From contig NEEC01000012.1 in NCBI GenBank assembly GCA_002189035.1, forward strand, positions 806,001 to 870,000: 64,000 nucleotides of DNA, given 5' to 3'. This document shows positions 26,641 through 40,564 of this stretch, piece after piece; position 1 is the first letter of the stretch, and the number at the start of each line of letters is the position of its first letter. Made by a program: the position numbers and the translations under genes. The stretch is from Utricularia gibba. Taxonomy: Eukaryota; Plantae; Magnoliophyta. Under the pieces are notes generated by a model. It saw nothing but the letters and a program-made list of their open reading frames with translations. It had not been told where the DNA came from and searched no databases.

Positions 26641-29325
26641 TCGGCGTGGACATGGGTGCCACGTAATAAATTTTTACAAATCTTCTCTTTCCGCCCATCA
26701 ATGGAAGAAAAAGTGTGCCAAATACATGGTTAAAAAGGGCGACAAAATCTCGCACTCTGCTTCCTCAACTAAAAAATTATTTCAACCCCAAAAATCAATT
26801 TCTTAAAGTAGATTTTCTCACTTTGGGTGACAAAGGTATATTGTTGTTTTGTTATTTACAATTTACAGTAATTTTCGTTGATGAATTATTTAAGTTTACT
26901 ACATTTATGTTTTTTTATTTTTTTATTTTTGCAACTAGAAGTGTCGCTATCTACAATTTATTTTTGTTGATGAATTATTTATCTTTTATTCACATATGGT
27001 TTTTTCTACAATCATTTAATATTATGAATAAAGATGAAGATATTAATATGTATCATTTGTTTTTTGGTTCATTTGTTTCATTAATAGTCATTACAACTTA
27101 TTTTTTTATTTCATTGATGATTCTATCATTTATTTAATGATTATTTGGCTTCATTTGTGGATGAAATCGAAGATGTATAAAAATTAAAATATTTTATACC
27201 ATTTTTTTGTTTTTGTTGAATTTATAGTACTTATATCTATACTTATTCTTTATATCCCTGTTCTTTTGAATTGTGTGGTAGTTAGATACCAAAGAAGTTT
27301 GTATAAATATAATGATTATGAGGGCATGCATGTTTGTAGTAGTTATGTAATTTTATCTAAAATTTATATTATTATTTCATTTGGTAAGGGGAGCACAAAA
27401 TAATACATTTTCTTTAACACTGAAACTTTATATTATGTTTCTTTTATTTTTTTACAACTTCTCTTTATATCTATATGGCTTCTGGTCAAAAATGGAACGA
27501 TGAAGAAGTTAACTTACTAGTTTCAGCATGGTTGAATACTTCATGGAATCCAATAAAAGGAAATTGTCAAAAGTCTGATCCGTTTGGAGGGGCGTCACTA
27601 CATTCTATTGTGAGGCTATGAAAATTAATAAAGGAGATGCAAGGATCCATGATTCTGAATCCATAAGAAAGAAATGGAAGATGCTAAGTACCAATCTGCA
27701 AGCTTTTTCACAAAGATATGATCGAGTTTTACGTGCTGATCCAAGCAGGCATAACAATTATGACTTAATAGAGATGACATTGAAATTGTACAAGGAAGAG
27801 CTATGTAAACCATTCTCCTATTTGGATGCTTGAAAAGTATTATGTGATCAACCAAAATGAAGGATGGTATAGCTTTTATATATTGATATTTCATACTATT
27901 ATTTGTGATTTTTTATACCCTCCTATCTTTTTAGAAAATAGACAATATCACAAGAAGAAAAATAAAGGGAAGAGGTCACAAGATTCTCCTTCAGTTCACA
28001 TATCTTTGGATCCAATTGAAACTCAACCCTCAAGTTGTGTTGATGATAGACCTATTGAGCAAAAAGCTGCAAAAAGAAGACAATTACAAGGTTCATCTAA
28101 TATATTTTCACATGAAAAGAAGATGTTTGTGGATAGCATTGATGAGAAGCTTAGCAATTATACAAAGAAATTGGAAGTTCATAACAAGATGTTCAAATAG
28201 CATGTTGCTCTGAATTATGCGCATGAAATGAGAAAATTATTGAATATGGGTATATCTTGGATGAATTAGTTTCAAAAGATGACGTATACCAAGGCTTGTA
28301 GTCGTGCTTTGGCAGCTTTTTCAATTCCACCTCCACCAACTCCTTCAACTTCAAATACAACACATGAAAGCTCAAGATTTCCTATTTTTCATATACATGA
28401 TGATCTAGATATTTGATGAATTGGAATTGTATTTTGTGTGCTTGAAATGTGTTCATCATTTGTAGCACTAGTAATGATAAATCAGGTTTTAAATCATTAT
28501 GCTATCATTTTAGTTACTCATTAATATAATTAAGTAAAATACTAATGAAGTAAAAGTTATGAAAGTAGTGGAACAAGGAAATAAAGCATATTTGAATTAT
28601 TCTTTTCAGATACAATAATAAATTGTATCACGAGAATAAGACTGTAACTACCATAACATAGTAAAGCAGAGACTAAAGCATTTGTGAATTATACTTTTAG
28701 ATCATGAAAAATAAAGCAATTGCAAGAGCTTCATGTCTTATATATAAAGAATCATTTTATACTATACCTACGCAATGCCATTGAAATTCTTGAAATAATG
28801 GATTTTGATAATAATTTTGAGAATGATATTTCTTCTTCATCAGATCATTCTAATCCTACAAATATTCCGGTATATCCTTTCTTGGGTAATGATATTTTCA
28901 TTAATGCTTGTAATGCAGCTATTGATTTCATGCTTGATGAGAAGTCCAAGTAGACTCCAAGAAATAGAGGAAAGCATCACTACATTAATCGCGATTGTGA
29001 AAGAAGAAACACTTGTTTAGTGGCAGATTATTTTTCAATAAATTCTAATTATACTAATCAAATATTTGAGAGAATTATGACAAGTGTTAGAGAAGTATGC
29101 CCATATCTTCAAGAAGGACTAGATGTAAATGATCGTGCCTCGCTATCTATGATATACCAATGCAAGTTATGAGGATGTTAGCTTATAAATATTGTGTAAA
29201 TGCATGTGATGAATATCTTCAAATAGGTGAGTCCACTACACTAAACTGTTTAAGATCTTTTGTTCAAAGCATATGCACTATATTCAAAGATGAGTATATA
29301 AAACGACCAAATCCAAATGATATGC

Positions 29326-30494
29326 TGATAACACATATTTTTGAGTGTTTAGAAGTATGAAAATGTCTAATATTTTGCCACAAAACTTGAGTTCTAGTAT
29401 GAATTCCTATGTTTTTATAACTAACACTACAGTCGCATGTTTTATTCCTAATTATGACTAATCATAGATTTAGTCCCAACCTTGTTTCTAATAGTTACTT
29501 TGAGCAATGCAACGATTGTCAGCCACCCCAAATCCTAAGGAGCTGGAAAAGAGTAGTGAAGTCGCAGAAAGTATGGGCAAAAAGGGGATGAAGTACAAAC
29601 ACATCCCAAATAAGATAAAAAGTAGATTTTTGGAAATGATGGGAGAGAGAGAAGAGGGAGAGAACCATTGAATGATGATAGAGACTTCTGAAAAAATCTC
29701 ACATCGCAAGAATACCAAGAAGAATAGGAAGATGATTCACAACAACAAGGTCTCCTTTGAAGATTTTCTTCCACTCTTGAAGAATACTATTCTTAGCTTA
29801 AAACAGTTTTAGTTTTATTGCGTGAACCATTTGCCTTTTCTATTTTTATTATGCACTGCTTGCTATTGTTTAACTTTGAGACTAGAATGTCACTTAAGAT
29901 ATGTTATGAAAACATTTTTTTTTTCCTTATCATGATTAGCTAAAACACTAAAGGGTGTCTTGGGGCAAAAAGGAGAGAAATGTGCTAATTAACTTTTTTA
30001 CCTTGTTAACCATAAATTACACATCTTCCTTAACGAACCAGGATATATTCAGGAAGGGGAAGAAGTGAAATTCATTTTACAACTCTAATTAGAGGTAGAC
30101 CAAATATTAGGAGAAGACATAAGTTAGGGAAGACCTAAACTTTGTTGTTAGATGGATGATTTATGGGTAGAGCGAGGCTGATTTAGTGATAAGCATGCAT
30201 TTTCCTCAGAACCCCAAGGCATCACCTTGTTTCATTCTAGAAAAGTTCTACCTTTACTTGTTAATGTCTTTGTGTATTTTATCATCGATCTGCCTTAGTC
30301 TTAACTGAGATTAAATCTATCAACTGTGACTCATTGCATGCATTGATAATCACATAATAAGCATTTGCTTTTCGTGTTCGACCCTAATCACTATACTCAT
30401 AATTGTATTATGTTTGAATGTGTATTAGTTTTATAAATTTATTTGATAGGAGAAATTTGCATTTTAGAGACATTGCAAAATTTTTTGTTTATCA
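29326..30494 (+). mobile_element. Solo LTR, family A (Athila-like), 1169 bp, inserted in the Pong nuclease
   Basis: TGATAACAC...TTTATCA termini, perfect TSD TATGC (29321-29325, 30495-30499), and the nuclease reading resumes across the insertion. Confidence 0.9.
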
Positions 30495-31041
30495 TATGCG
30501 AAGATTGTTGGCTTGGGGAGAATAATGAAGTTTCCTTGATATGTTTGGAAGCATAGATTGTATGCTTATGTTTTTAATTAGTAGTATGTTTATGTATAAT
30601 TTTACTTTGTCAAATGTGTACCTTTTATATTAATTAAATATCAAATTTAACTATAAGTTAAAAATAATATGAAGTACATAAAATAATTTTAAATAAAAAA
30701 CGTAGAGGAAATTGGAAAGTTAGATTTCCAAATAAATTTTTGATGATGTGGATTGAAGCAATAAAAAAAGCAATTGAAGTGGTTGGTAAGTAATGCGGAT
30801 GCCCTTAGGCTTTCATTTAACTATTTTTGATCTAGGATAGATTTGGCTATACATAGACTTGTCGGGATGTCACTCTAGAGGGATGCATTGTTATATTGAA
30901 GTAAAAGAGATTACATCAAGATCACGATTAAATTATTAAATAAGCAAAATAAGCAAACTATGGTAGTAAAACACATATTTCTCTAACTAAAATAACTAGA
31001 TTATATGCTTCTTTTCCCATTGTCATGTTTGAAGTCACAAT

Positions 31042-32202
31042 TAGTGGTGCAACCGGTTCCAAACCGTATGGTTTCAGTTTGGAATCGTGCAATTCCTTTG
31101 AACCATCGGTTCCAAAATTATAGTTCACCATGGGCAATGGTTTCGGTTTCGCTTCAGAATCGGATCCCAAAACCCTAAATCGAATTGAAATCAGAATTGT
31201 ACGGATAGTTTCTTTCAAAACCAAAACTTAGATTTTTAAATTAAACCGTAACTGAAACCGATTTGTTATTCTTCGCATGTATTATCTAGGCACCATATGG
31301 ACCATTGTGAGTATCTAACAATGAAGTTTTTAACAATGATTAATTTTGTATGTTTTAATATTATCAATTGATATATTTAACAATATTAATTTTTATATTT
31401 CACTTGATATATTATGTGATATCAAGTGAAATATTATAAAATACCTCAATAAAGTATAATTAAAATCGATGTAATTTATCACTTAAATAAATGATTAAAA
31501 TGATAAAATTATCAGTAATTGAAAATAGAGATAATAAAATTACAAATCATATAAAATTAATTAAGTTATTTTTATATTTATTTTAAATTTTAAAAAATAG
31601 TTTTTATATAATATTTTATAAATATTATATATTTTTCAAATTAAAATTAAAACATCATATATTTCATAAACTTTTCCCAAACTTCATCTATTATGAAAAT
31701 AAAAAATAAAAACATTAAATAAATAAGATTTATAAAATTAAATCACAAAAAAAGTATAAATAATAAATTTTTGTCTTTCTTATTTGCCTGCCACACCCAT
31801 ATGAGTCAATTTGGTGTATGAGCGTATGAGACTATTCCCCGAGCACCCATATCTGCTCGTGTAGGGTGTTTGAGACCACTTTTTAGGCACCCACATCTAT
31901 TGTGGGCATGTTTGGAAAGGGGTGTCTGAAAAGATTTTTCAGGCACTCATGGGTATATTAGAAAAGTGCCTGAACATATATATTTATTAAATATTTATAA
32001 TTTTTTAATTTTTTAATCTGATCCATACGATTCATGGTTCGAAATCGTGAACAGTGCAGTTCAACGTGGGTCATTAGTTCTACGGTTTCAATTATGTCAA
32101 AGTGAACCGAAACCGTGTGATACGGACATTGATTTCTCGGAACCACAACCGAAGGTTTTGATTAGAACCATGGTTTTTGTTCGAATACCGATGCCACCTA
32201 TA
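31042..32202. mobile_element. Non-autonomous hAT-type element, 1161 bp
   Basis: Perfect 8-bp TSD GTCACAAT (31034-31041, 32203-32210). Imperfect 15-bp TIR (10/15). AACCG/CGGTT subterminal repeats at both ends and an AT-rich core. Confidence 0.8.
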
Positions 32203-34464
32203 GTCACAATTGGAATATCTTCATCAAATGCTTGCCAAGTAGTTTTTGATGATTGTTGGTGTAGTTTTTGTCTAATTTTGTAGATATTATTCAATTCCAT
32301 TCATTTTTTAATAGATAGTAGGTACCCGTCTTCTTACTCGTATAATTGATAAATGATTCTACTCCTCTAGATAGATATCCTAAATGTTTCAATTGGCCAC
32401 ATTGATAAAGTAGTCTTGTGCAAAAAGTTTATTTGAAGAATAACCCTATTCCATAATCATAAATAGTTTTACTTTATTTTAAAAAAATATTTTTATTCAT
32501 TATATATTTAATTTTATGTATAAAATAGAGTATATTATAAATATAATTTATAAATTCATTTATTTTTTAATAAAAACTATATTTTTAAAAAATTATTTTT
32601 ATTAAATTTATAAATTTTTTTAAAAAATTATAATACATAAGTAATAATTTTAATTTTTATTAACATATATAAATTCTTCTTTCATAAAAAGAAATGTATT
32701 AAAAATATAATTTTTTAAATGTTCCTTTCCTATTTTCATAATTTACACGTTTTATAACTCTTATATATATGATTTATATAAGCCATATAATTAATAATAT
32801 TATAATGTTTTATAATATATATATATATGTTTGTATCACATTTTTTAATAAAAATTAGTTTTATTTTTATATTAAATATGATATATTAAAGATAAGACTA
32901 TTGAATAAAAATATGCATAAAATAGGGGTATTTGTACAAAGCTTTTTAAAATGAGGCAATAACTTTTTTTTAAAAGGAAAGAACATAAAATTATGAGAGT
33001 TGGGTGTTCAAAACGAATAATATTGTATAAGGTGAACATGATCATGATATTTGATATTAGAATCAAACTCGAGCAATTTCCAACGATGAAATGTCACACT
33101 TAACAAGGATGCTGAATATCTAATAGGGGAAGAATAGAAGTTCAAAGTATTTACGATGATATCACACATTGGCTATGAACCAAAGAGATAATATGTTTAA
33201 ATAGATAAATACTTCTAATTTTGTACGATGCATTTTTTTTAATAAGAAAAATGTAAAATCATGAAAGTTAGATATTCGAAGTGAATAATATCTCATATAA
33301 AAAGAGTATGAGTCGTGACAACTTCGTAATAAGTTATGGTAAATTAATAAAATTTATGAATAATATTAATTTTTAAAATATTATAGTTTAAACTAATTAG
33401 TATAATTTGACATAAAATTAGAATAATAAATATAAAAGTTTGAATTAGACCCAAACACGTGTTCAGACTGCATTTTGATCCCATGGATTAGACCCATTGG
33501 GTTGGTAAACCCTTGAGGCTTGGTCCGTAATCCATGCTCAATAGTATCTAAAATGGAAAATTTAAAAAGTTAGGACATGTTTGATAGTTATTACAGGTAA
33601 ATAATGTTATTTAAAGTAGTATTTAATTAAAACTAAATACACACCTTTAAATGAAACCATCTCTTGCTATATGTTTATTTAAGCCACTTTTAATTTAAAA
33701 TAAAGATGATTTTACATAAAACATCTTAACAAACAGTATTTATTAAAATCAAAACCTTATTAAAATCATCTAAATCTTCTATAAAAACATGCCCTTATTA
33801 AGATTTCCCTTCATCCAGAAAATGATATTTGTTCTGTTCATCATTCGGAAGCTGATTTTTTTTTTTTAACTTCAGTAGGGGCACGAAAACCATTTTGTTG
33901 TACACTGCTAATGTTTATAAATCAATTCTATTCTCTTAAAATCAATCATATTTTCATAAAATTTTTTTTCTATTCTAAATATACATCAAATTCTTCTTTT
34001 TATGAAAAATGATTTTTTGAAATCACTTTAATTATATTAGAAGAATAGTTTGCGTATGAGTGATTATTGAAAAATTAATTGTGAGATTTTTAAAATAATT
34101 TTTTCTACAATCAATAATATTTTTTATTCAGATTAGTTCTTGAAATATTTTAATATTTAAATTATAATTTTACAGAAATATATTTATACTATAATAATAA
34201 TATAAAATAGAATTTTTAGACTTATATAATATTTTTATAATAAAAATGATTAATGAAATATAAATTTTTAAACTCAGAGAATATGATGTTTATTAAGTAT
34301 AGATTTATTGTTTTTTACACTACCAATATGTGTTAATTTATAATAATATTTCTCAAAAAGTAATTTTAAATATATATAAATTCTCGTTTTATGAAAGTAA
34401 GCAATATGTTCCACCCAAAACGACTTCGTTTCAGTGGCAGTCTCACTCTCCCTCGGTTCGTCTA

Positions 34465-35226
34465 ATGGCAACTTCAAGTAGTCATCGTTACTCTGCCCCC
34501 GAGAAGATTCTCAGGGGGATGTGAATTACAGGTCGACTCATGGGATTTTCTCTGTTTTTGTCCTTTCTTGCTTCCTGTTGATTGGGAAATCATAATCGGT
34601 GGGATCCCTAAGTACACTTGCATCCCTAGAATCCACCTAAAAAAGTAACCTTGTTCCAGATTGCGGGGCTTGGAGAAAAGATTGTTTTGTTGAAAGTGTG
34701 GAAGGATGTTGCAGTGGTTATTTCCGAGTTTGTACTTTGTACTGTGGATAGATTGTCTTATATATGAATAGGAAGACAGGGACAAGGAATTTCAGATTCA
34801 TTTTGTTTGAAATGTTTTGTGTAATTGTGTGCGTGTAGCTTACTTTTCACGTATGGTGTTTTGTGGTGCAGATGTGGTTCTTGCGGCTATGATCTAAAGC
34901 TGAGTTCATCGAGTCGGAATATGTCGAGCATTGGGGCCAAGTATGATAAGTTTATAAAGAAGGGAGTGATTCCATTTTTATCCGTTGATGAGAGTCGATT
35001 CAGTGTGGTAGAGAAGTACAGCTGCCTGCCTGCCTTCGTTTCTGGGGGGAAAGCAAAACTTCTTTGCCGCAAATGCGGAAGCCACATTGGAGATGCCAAA
35101 TGCAATAATTCAGCTTCGCCCTCCCAGTCCCTTCTAATTACAGATGGAAGAGTTTCGCCTTCTAGCAGTGAAATTGCCACCAAGAAGAAATATGATATCA
35201 GGATTCGTTCCTTGCAACCATTCTGA
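34465..35226 (+). CDS. At4g08330-like uncharacterised CxxC...CxxC protein; exons 34465-34531 and 34872-35226, apparent 1-nt frameshift in exon 1
   Basis: DVNY(R)|CGSCGYDLKLSSSSRN, KYDKFIKKGVIPFLSVDESRF, KLLCRKCGSHIG and KKYDIRIRSLQP match this plant family as recalled. Confidence 0.8.
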
Positions 35227-36449
35227 GCCAGCTTCGGCATCCCTCTCTGTGGTGTACAGTCAGTGTGTGCAACTTGTTAATATGATGATGAAGGTTAATA
35301 TGTTGACCTTCATTGGATTTGGCCTTTTCTGAGTAGCTCCTCTCCTCTACACATAACAATAACATATCCCAGCTGGTGTGCTTTTATGTAATGCAATGAA
35401 CTCAGTGGTCATTTCCTCTGCTTTGAGGTACCATACAACAGAATATTCAAAGGATAGTTAGTAATTGCTACGTGCCCTGTGGATCTGAGAGCATGCATAT
35501 TGTTACTACCATCATTACATGCATGAATCTGTAAGGGTTCATTGCATTTGGCTTTGAAAACGCAGTAGGATTCGTTTTATTACAAAACCACCCATGAGGA
35601 GGGACGCCCCGATTTGCATCTTTTTATGAACAGCACATGTGCAGGCTCCATGCCATCACAGATCACCAGATTGGGGGAGTTAATGCCAACTCGGTACTGA
35701 ACACCAAGCCCCAACACAAAGGACCTACGATGGACTGAATCGAAAAATGAATAGTCATTTCCGAAACCATGTACTTCAAAATACTTAATTTCAAAATTAT
35801 TCATCGTGTGCAAAATACCTCAATTCTGTGTATAAAACCATTCATATTACTTTATTCTTTTTCGTTTTGAATTAATTTTATTTAGAGATAATGTAAACAT
35901 TCAAATATAATAAGTAAAAAATACCTAAATAATACATTTTCTATTTTAAATATTTCATAATTTTTTAAAAATCTTTCTTATACCATTAAAACCAAATAAC
36001 TAATAAATTTTTGTTGGAAATTTTTTTTTTTACTATTGTAATGATATGATTTTAAAAATAAAAAAATTAACATATTTATATTCAAATTTGTTTTTTTGTT
36101 TGAAAATATAAAATATATTCTTTTATACTACATACATATCACAACAATAAAAACATATTTTTACTATATAGTCTAATTATAATTCAATTAATGAAAACAA
36201 ATTTTGCATATTCTAATTTATGTTGATGGTGACTACTGTAATAGAAATTACAATGATCCTAGATTTTCAAGTATCATAATAATATATTATAATTACTATA
36301 ACAATTATTTGAGTTAAAAAAATACATTTATGTATGAAAGTCAATCAACCATACTTTTTTTCATATTTTTCAAATAGTGCTTTTACATATTGATAATATC
36401 TAACCTAATTTCATAAACAACCCAAAAAACATATGAAATCGTGACTTTT

Positions 36450-39100
36450 TCATCCTAATGTGTTGAGTAGATGAGCTAGGAATATCAAAATTGGTATTCA
36501 TACCTTGAGATTGTCCTTGAAGAGATAACAATTGATAATTTTCATGGATGGTATATATACAAACTAACACCTTATTGATGAATGATTCATCATATAAGTC
36601 GACAAGAAATCCTATAATTATTTTAGGTAAAACTTTTATAAGTTGATTTTTTTTTATTTTTTAGTTTATATTGCTTCCTAATGGTTCACAAATATATTGA
36701 TAATGCAATATTTTCATAACCTTATGAAGTCGTGGATCATAAAAAGTAATTCATCGTTTATAGAAGTAGATGAAATGAAGATGTTTCTTGAAAGACTTGT
36801 GAAAGCACCTGATGTACCATCATTTGTGCGTGATTTTTGCATTGATCAAACATCGATGAATGAAGACACATTCATTAAATAGTTTCGAGCTATGATTTTT
36901 ATCGTTCTAAGCTTTTCCAATAATTATAAAATTTTTCCGCATCACCAGTTTACAATGTTTTAAGGAATAATGTTTGAATAGCCTCAGATTTAAACCCGTT
37001 GAAGAAATTTGCTCAAAAATGACAAAAGCAATGGCAATGACATCCTTCGAATTTTTCATTGAATGTTGTAACTCTTGTTGCCGCCTTTCGAATAGAGTTA
37101 CACCAATCAAAAATTAAGTACGTGAGTTTTCTAAAACAATATAAGTTCCCACTAGCTCTATCATAGTCAAGAAGCATCAATTTATTCATCTCCTACAACA
37201 AATGTAAGTTGCAAAAACTTTCCATTGAAATGGGATCATCACAATGAGCATTTTATGTCTATAAGTTGCATCCAAATGTGTTATAATGGTGAATCTGCAA
37301 GTGCACAGAAACCATCGAAGTAATAAAATAAGATTATATCTATAGGGAATTGTTATTGAAATTTTCTTTTCAAATAGAGACTTAAAAAGACAGGAAGCAA
37401 AAGAAAGATTTGATTTTAAAAATAATAAGAAAAGTAGCCTAGGATTTAAGATCCACCTTACTCAAACTCGTCTTTGCATGTGTACAAACCTTAAAGACTA
37501 ACTTGCTTGCACAAGATTTGAGGGTGTTATTTTAAAATAGTGTTACTCGTTGACGGTTATAGCACCGTCCCTTGTTTTGTGATATTATAGAATCAACCAC
37601 ACCACCAAAGTCATTTCACCTCTTGTGACAACCCATGTTTTCCTCATATCCAAATCTAACCCCTATGGCTCTCACCTCGCAGATAGATTAGATAGAATAT
37701 GCATTATCAACGATGTCCTTCTTCTTAGGTGATTGAGTCCAACCTTTGATTCTCTTACACTCCCTTATGGTTATATGGTACTAAATATCACGTTGGTAAG
37801 GAAAACGTTGCGAAAAGCAGAATTAAACCTCAAATTAAATAATGAAAAACATAGTAAGACAATCACACGCGCAAGACTTGTACAAGTAAGGCTTAAAAGC
37901 AGATCCTTAGCCGCAAGTGCTCACACGCGTATGCTTGATTCTAAACAAAAAAAGTTGATGAAAAACAAAAGGAAAGGAATCCAAAACATTCTAGAATTGA
38001 CTCTAAACTCTGAATTGACTCTCTGATCGTCGACCACCTCGATCTTTGAGTTGGATCATTATATAATGGTAGGGACTTGTCGAGCTTTCTTGATGGGCTC
38101 ACATCAAATCTTTTATTCGTATCTTCTAAGATTTGATACAGATCTTCCAGCATATGATCCAAATTTTCTACGATATGATGTGAATCTTATCTTATCCGAG
38201 AATCTTTGATCGAGTCTTCATCTGGATATACCAAATCTTTGACTTCATCAAGGTCAACTCGAAAATCCACCAAATTATTCCAAAATTGTCCTGAAAAATC
38301 ACAAAACACACTTTCCCTCCAAAAAGATTAAAGTGGTATGAAAGATATAAAATTCTTCCAAAAACATAGGGAAAGTGAAATAAAAAAAATGTAAAACTCA
38401 TTTAAATGAATCCTAAAAACCAGAAATATAAGTGACACAAAATCAATTATCATATTACATCGACTGAAATTATCAAATGAGTGTGTTATTAGGTATGTAT
38501 ACATGGTCCAAGTGCTCAAAAGTAATTGTGCAATGTGACTTCGTCTTCCTTGTATTTGCATTGGATTACAATGTCTGAATTTCATAATGCAATTTTATAT
38601 AAGAAATCTGAAAGTTTCTTGATTGATTTCTCTCATGTGTCACACACATTTTTAAAGAACTTACTCATTTCATATCATGCATTTTTATATGGTACTTTGT
38701 AATCAATTCTAATAAACATAGTTGCAATAATTGTTGATATTTTGGTCCTAATGTTTATTTAAAATAAGGCTTAGAAAATTTTAGAGATATAGTTGTAATT
38801 AATGTTTCTATGATAAAAGAATCCTGCTCATAGTCGCTTACATTTGTAAAGCTTATGGAGTTTTGAGATCTTCCTTTTTCTCAAACGTTTTATAATATGC
38901 TGCATGAATCCATTTTCCCAAACGTTTATAACGTTTATAATTGAATGTCTCATTGTTTGCAATGCATATCAAAGACTCTAAGCTTAGTGTCATTGATAAT
39001 GAACTCATTTCCAATTTTAATTGAAAATTCTCTAACTTATCTTCAAAAAATTTCTTTGTTTTCAAAAAGATCACCTTCCTTGAATCTTAAATCATATTGA
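36450..39100 (-). pseudogene. Degenerate MuDR/MULE transposase relic interrupted by the solo LTR at 37284-38452
   Basis: Minus-strand remnants YF*ALGPCI, CHCFCHF*ANFFNGFK and a K..F..K N-terminal MuDR-like segment. Highly decayed; boundaries approximate. Confidence 0.5.
37284..38452 (-). mobile_element. Solo LTR, family S copy 2, 1169 bp
   Basis: Colinear with 2880-4073. Termini TAATGG (mutated TG)...TTATCA. TSD TGTTA / TATTA (1 mismatch). Confidence 0.85.
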
Positions 39101-40564
39101 TTTATATATATTTCATGATTACTCATTCTTACTTTTGTATAGTGTAAACCTATATTTGAAACTCATTTATTATCATTCTATAAGTCACAATTTGAATTTC
39201 CTTCAAGCACATCTTCCTTGTCTTATGAATTTTGAGGAGTATGATAAATGTTGGGTAGCTAGTTTTCATTATCAAATTCCAAAAATGAATAATATTTTGA
39301 ATTGACAATGCATATATTCATCTATAATAAAGTGTAGTAACATGAAATTCAAAAAATATATATAATTTCAAAATTTACAAAAAATAGTCATTACCATTGT
39401 CTCAAATTTGTATAAGAGGTTATTTAAGAGAAACATTTCTCATATTCAAGAAATAAATCTAAGGGCACAATAACATAATTCGGTTCATGGAGATAATGAA
39501 GTGGTTCAATGTCTCCAAATTTAAATACCTTTTCTCTCCAAACAAAAACTTGTATTCGAAAAATCTGAAAGCTGTAAAAACAAAAAGATATGCTGAAATT
39601 GATTTGCAAGAAAAGTTAAATTGGGTAAGTTATGAAGAAATAACTTAAAAAATATATATATGAGGGTTTTTTTGATACAATATATATAAAATGAAATTTG
39701 GATAAACTATTTCCTTACAAAGTGAGTGAATGGACGGATGGATCTTCAAAGATATCTTAAAATGCCAATTCCATCAAAATATCAATTGTAAGATATAGAA
39801 GATGATGAAGGGATCTTCGAAAATATCTCAAAATGTTATTAATATTATGAGTTTTGCTATCGACTTAGCTTATGTATGTCAGTGTTACCAGTTACTTTGC
39901 AAGTGTGACATGTCTTAAAATTCCATTTTCGTATTTGACTCCTAAGTATGTTGTGTATATATTTTTATGTATTTATATTGCTTGTGAACAAGGAATTTCT
40001 CTAAAATTACCTATTTTTTCATTGTGAGCTTATATAACAAAGTAAATGATTCACCAAATTATGTGATAAATGTTAACTTTACAATCAAATTAGTGAAAGG
40101 TCTAAGAAGTTGCTATGATAGTTGATATATAAGTTTTGAATGTCTTTTTCTCCTTGAAGACTTCCTAAAGGATTTCCCATACACACTTTAAAATTCTCAT
40201 CTTATTTAAAATCTATAAGGTATTTCATATATTAAGCAATTTTTATACTATTTCATTTTAATTATTTTGATTTTATTGTTATAATTCAATTATATTTGTT
40301 GTTATGTCTTGAGATGTTATAAAATAACGTTATTATTAAATACATTGCATTGTTTAAAGGGAAAAAGTCATGGACTTCAATCCAACCATCTATTATTAAA
40401 ATATGGTCTATAGCCAAATTTTGGTAAGGATAAAAAAAGATTACTAAAAAAGTGATATTGCGAATGAACAAATTAGAAGTGATGTTGATAATTAACTTGC
40501 AGATGTGGCATTTGAAAATGAAATAACGAATTTCACAATTAAAAATGAGGCATTGAATCTTGTA

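Larger units (their letters stand above)
26034..30804 (+). mobile_element. Pong/Harbinger relic H2: Myb-like ORF1 (ATG 27475 to ~28200) and DDE nuclease ORF2 (~28800-30570), split by a solo LTR
   Basis: MASGQKWNDEEVNLLVSAWLNTS.NPIKGNCQK (ORF1). ORF2 motifs CDEYLQIGESTTLNCLRSF, KRPNPNDM|RRLL and MFGSIDCM. Right TIR AATGCGGATGCCC followed by TTA at 30792-30807. The left boundary is inferred. Confidence 0.75.

Noticed and set aside
33815-34260. AT-rich Tourist-like MITE fragments (similar patch at 57640-57800)
   Set aside because: TIRs and TSD could not be defined, and low complexity makes the similarity unreliable.
35580-35813. ORF with HGFGNDY resembling the diaminopimelate epimerase HGLGNDF motif
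   Set aside because: There is only a short motif match, the downstream DapF sequence is absent and no exon structure supports it.
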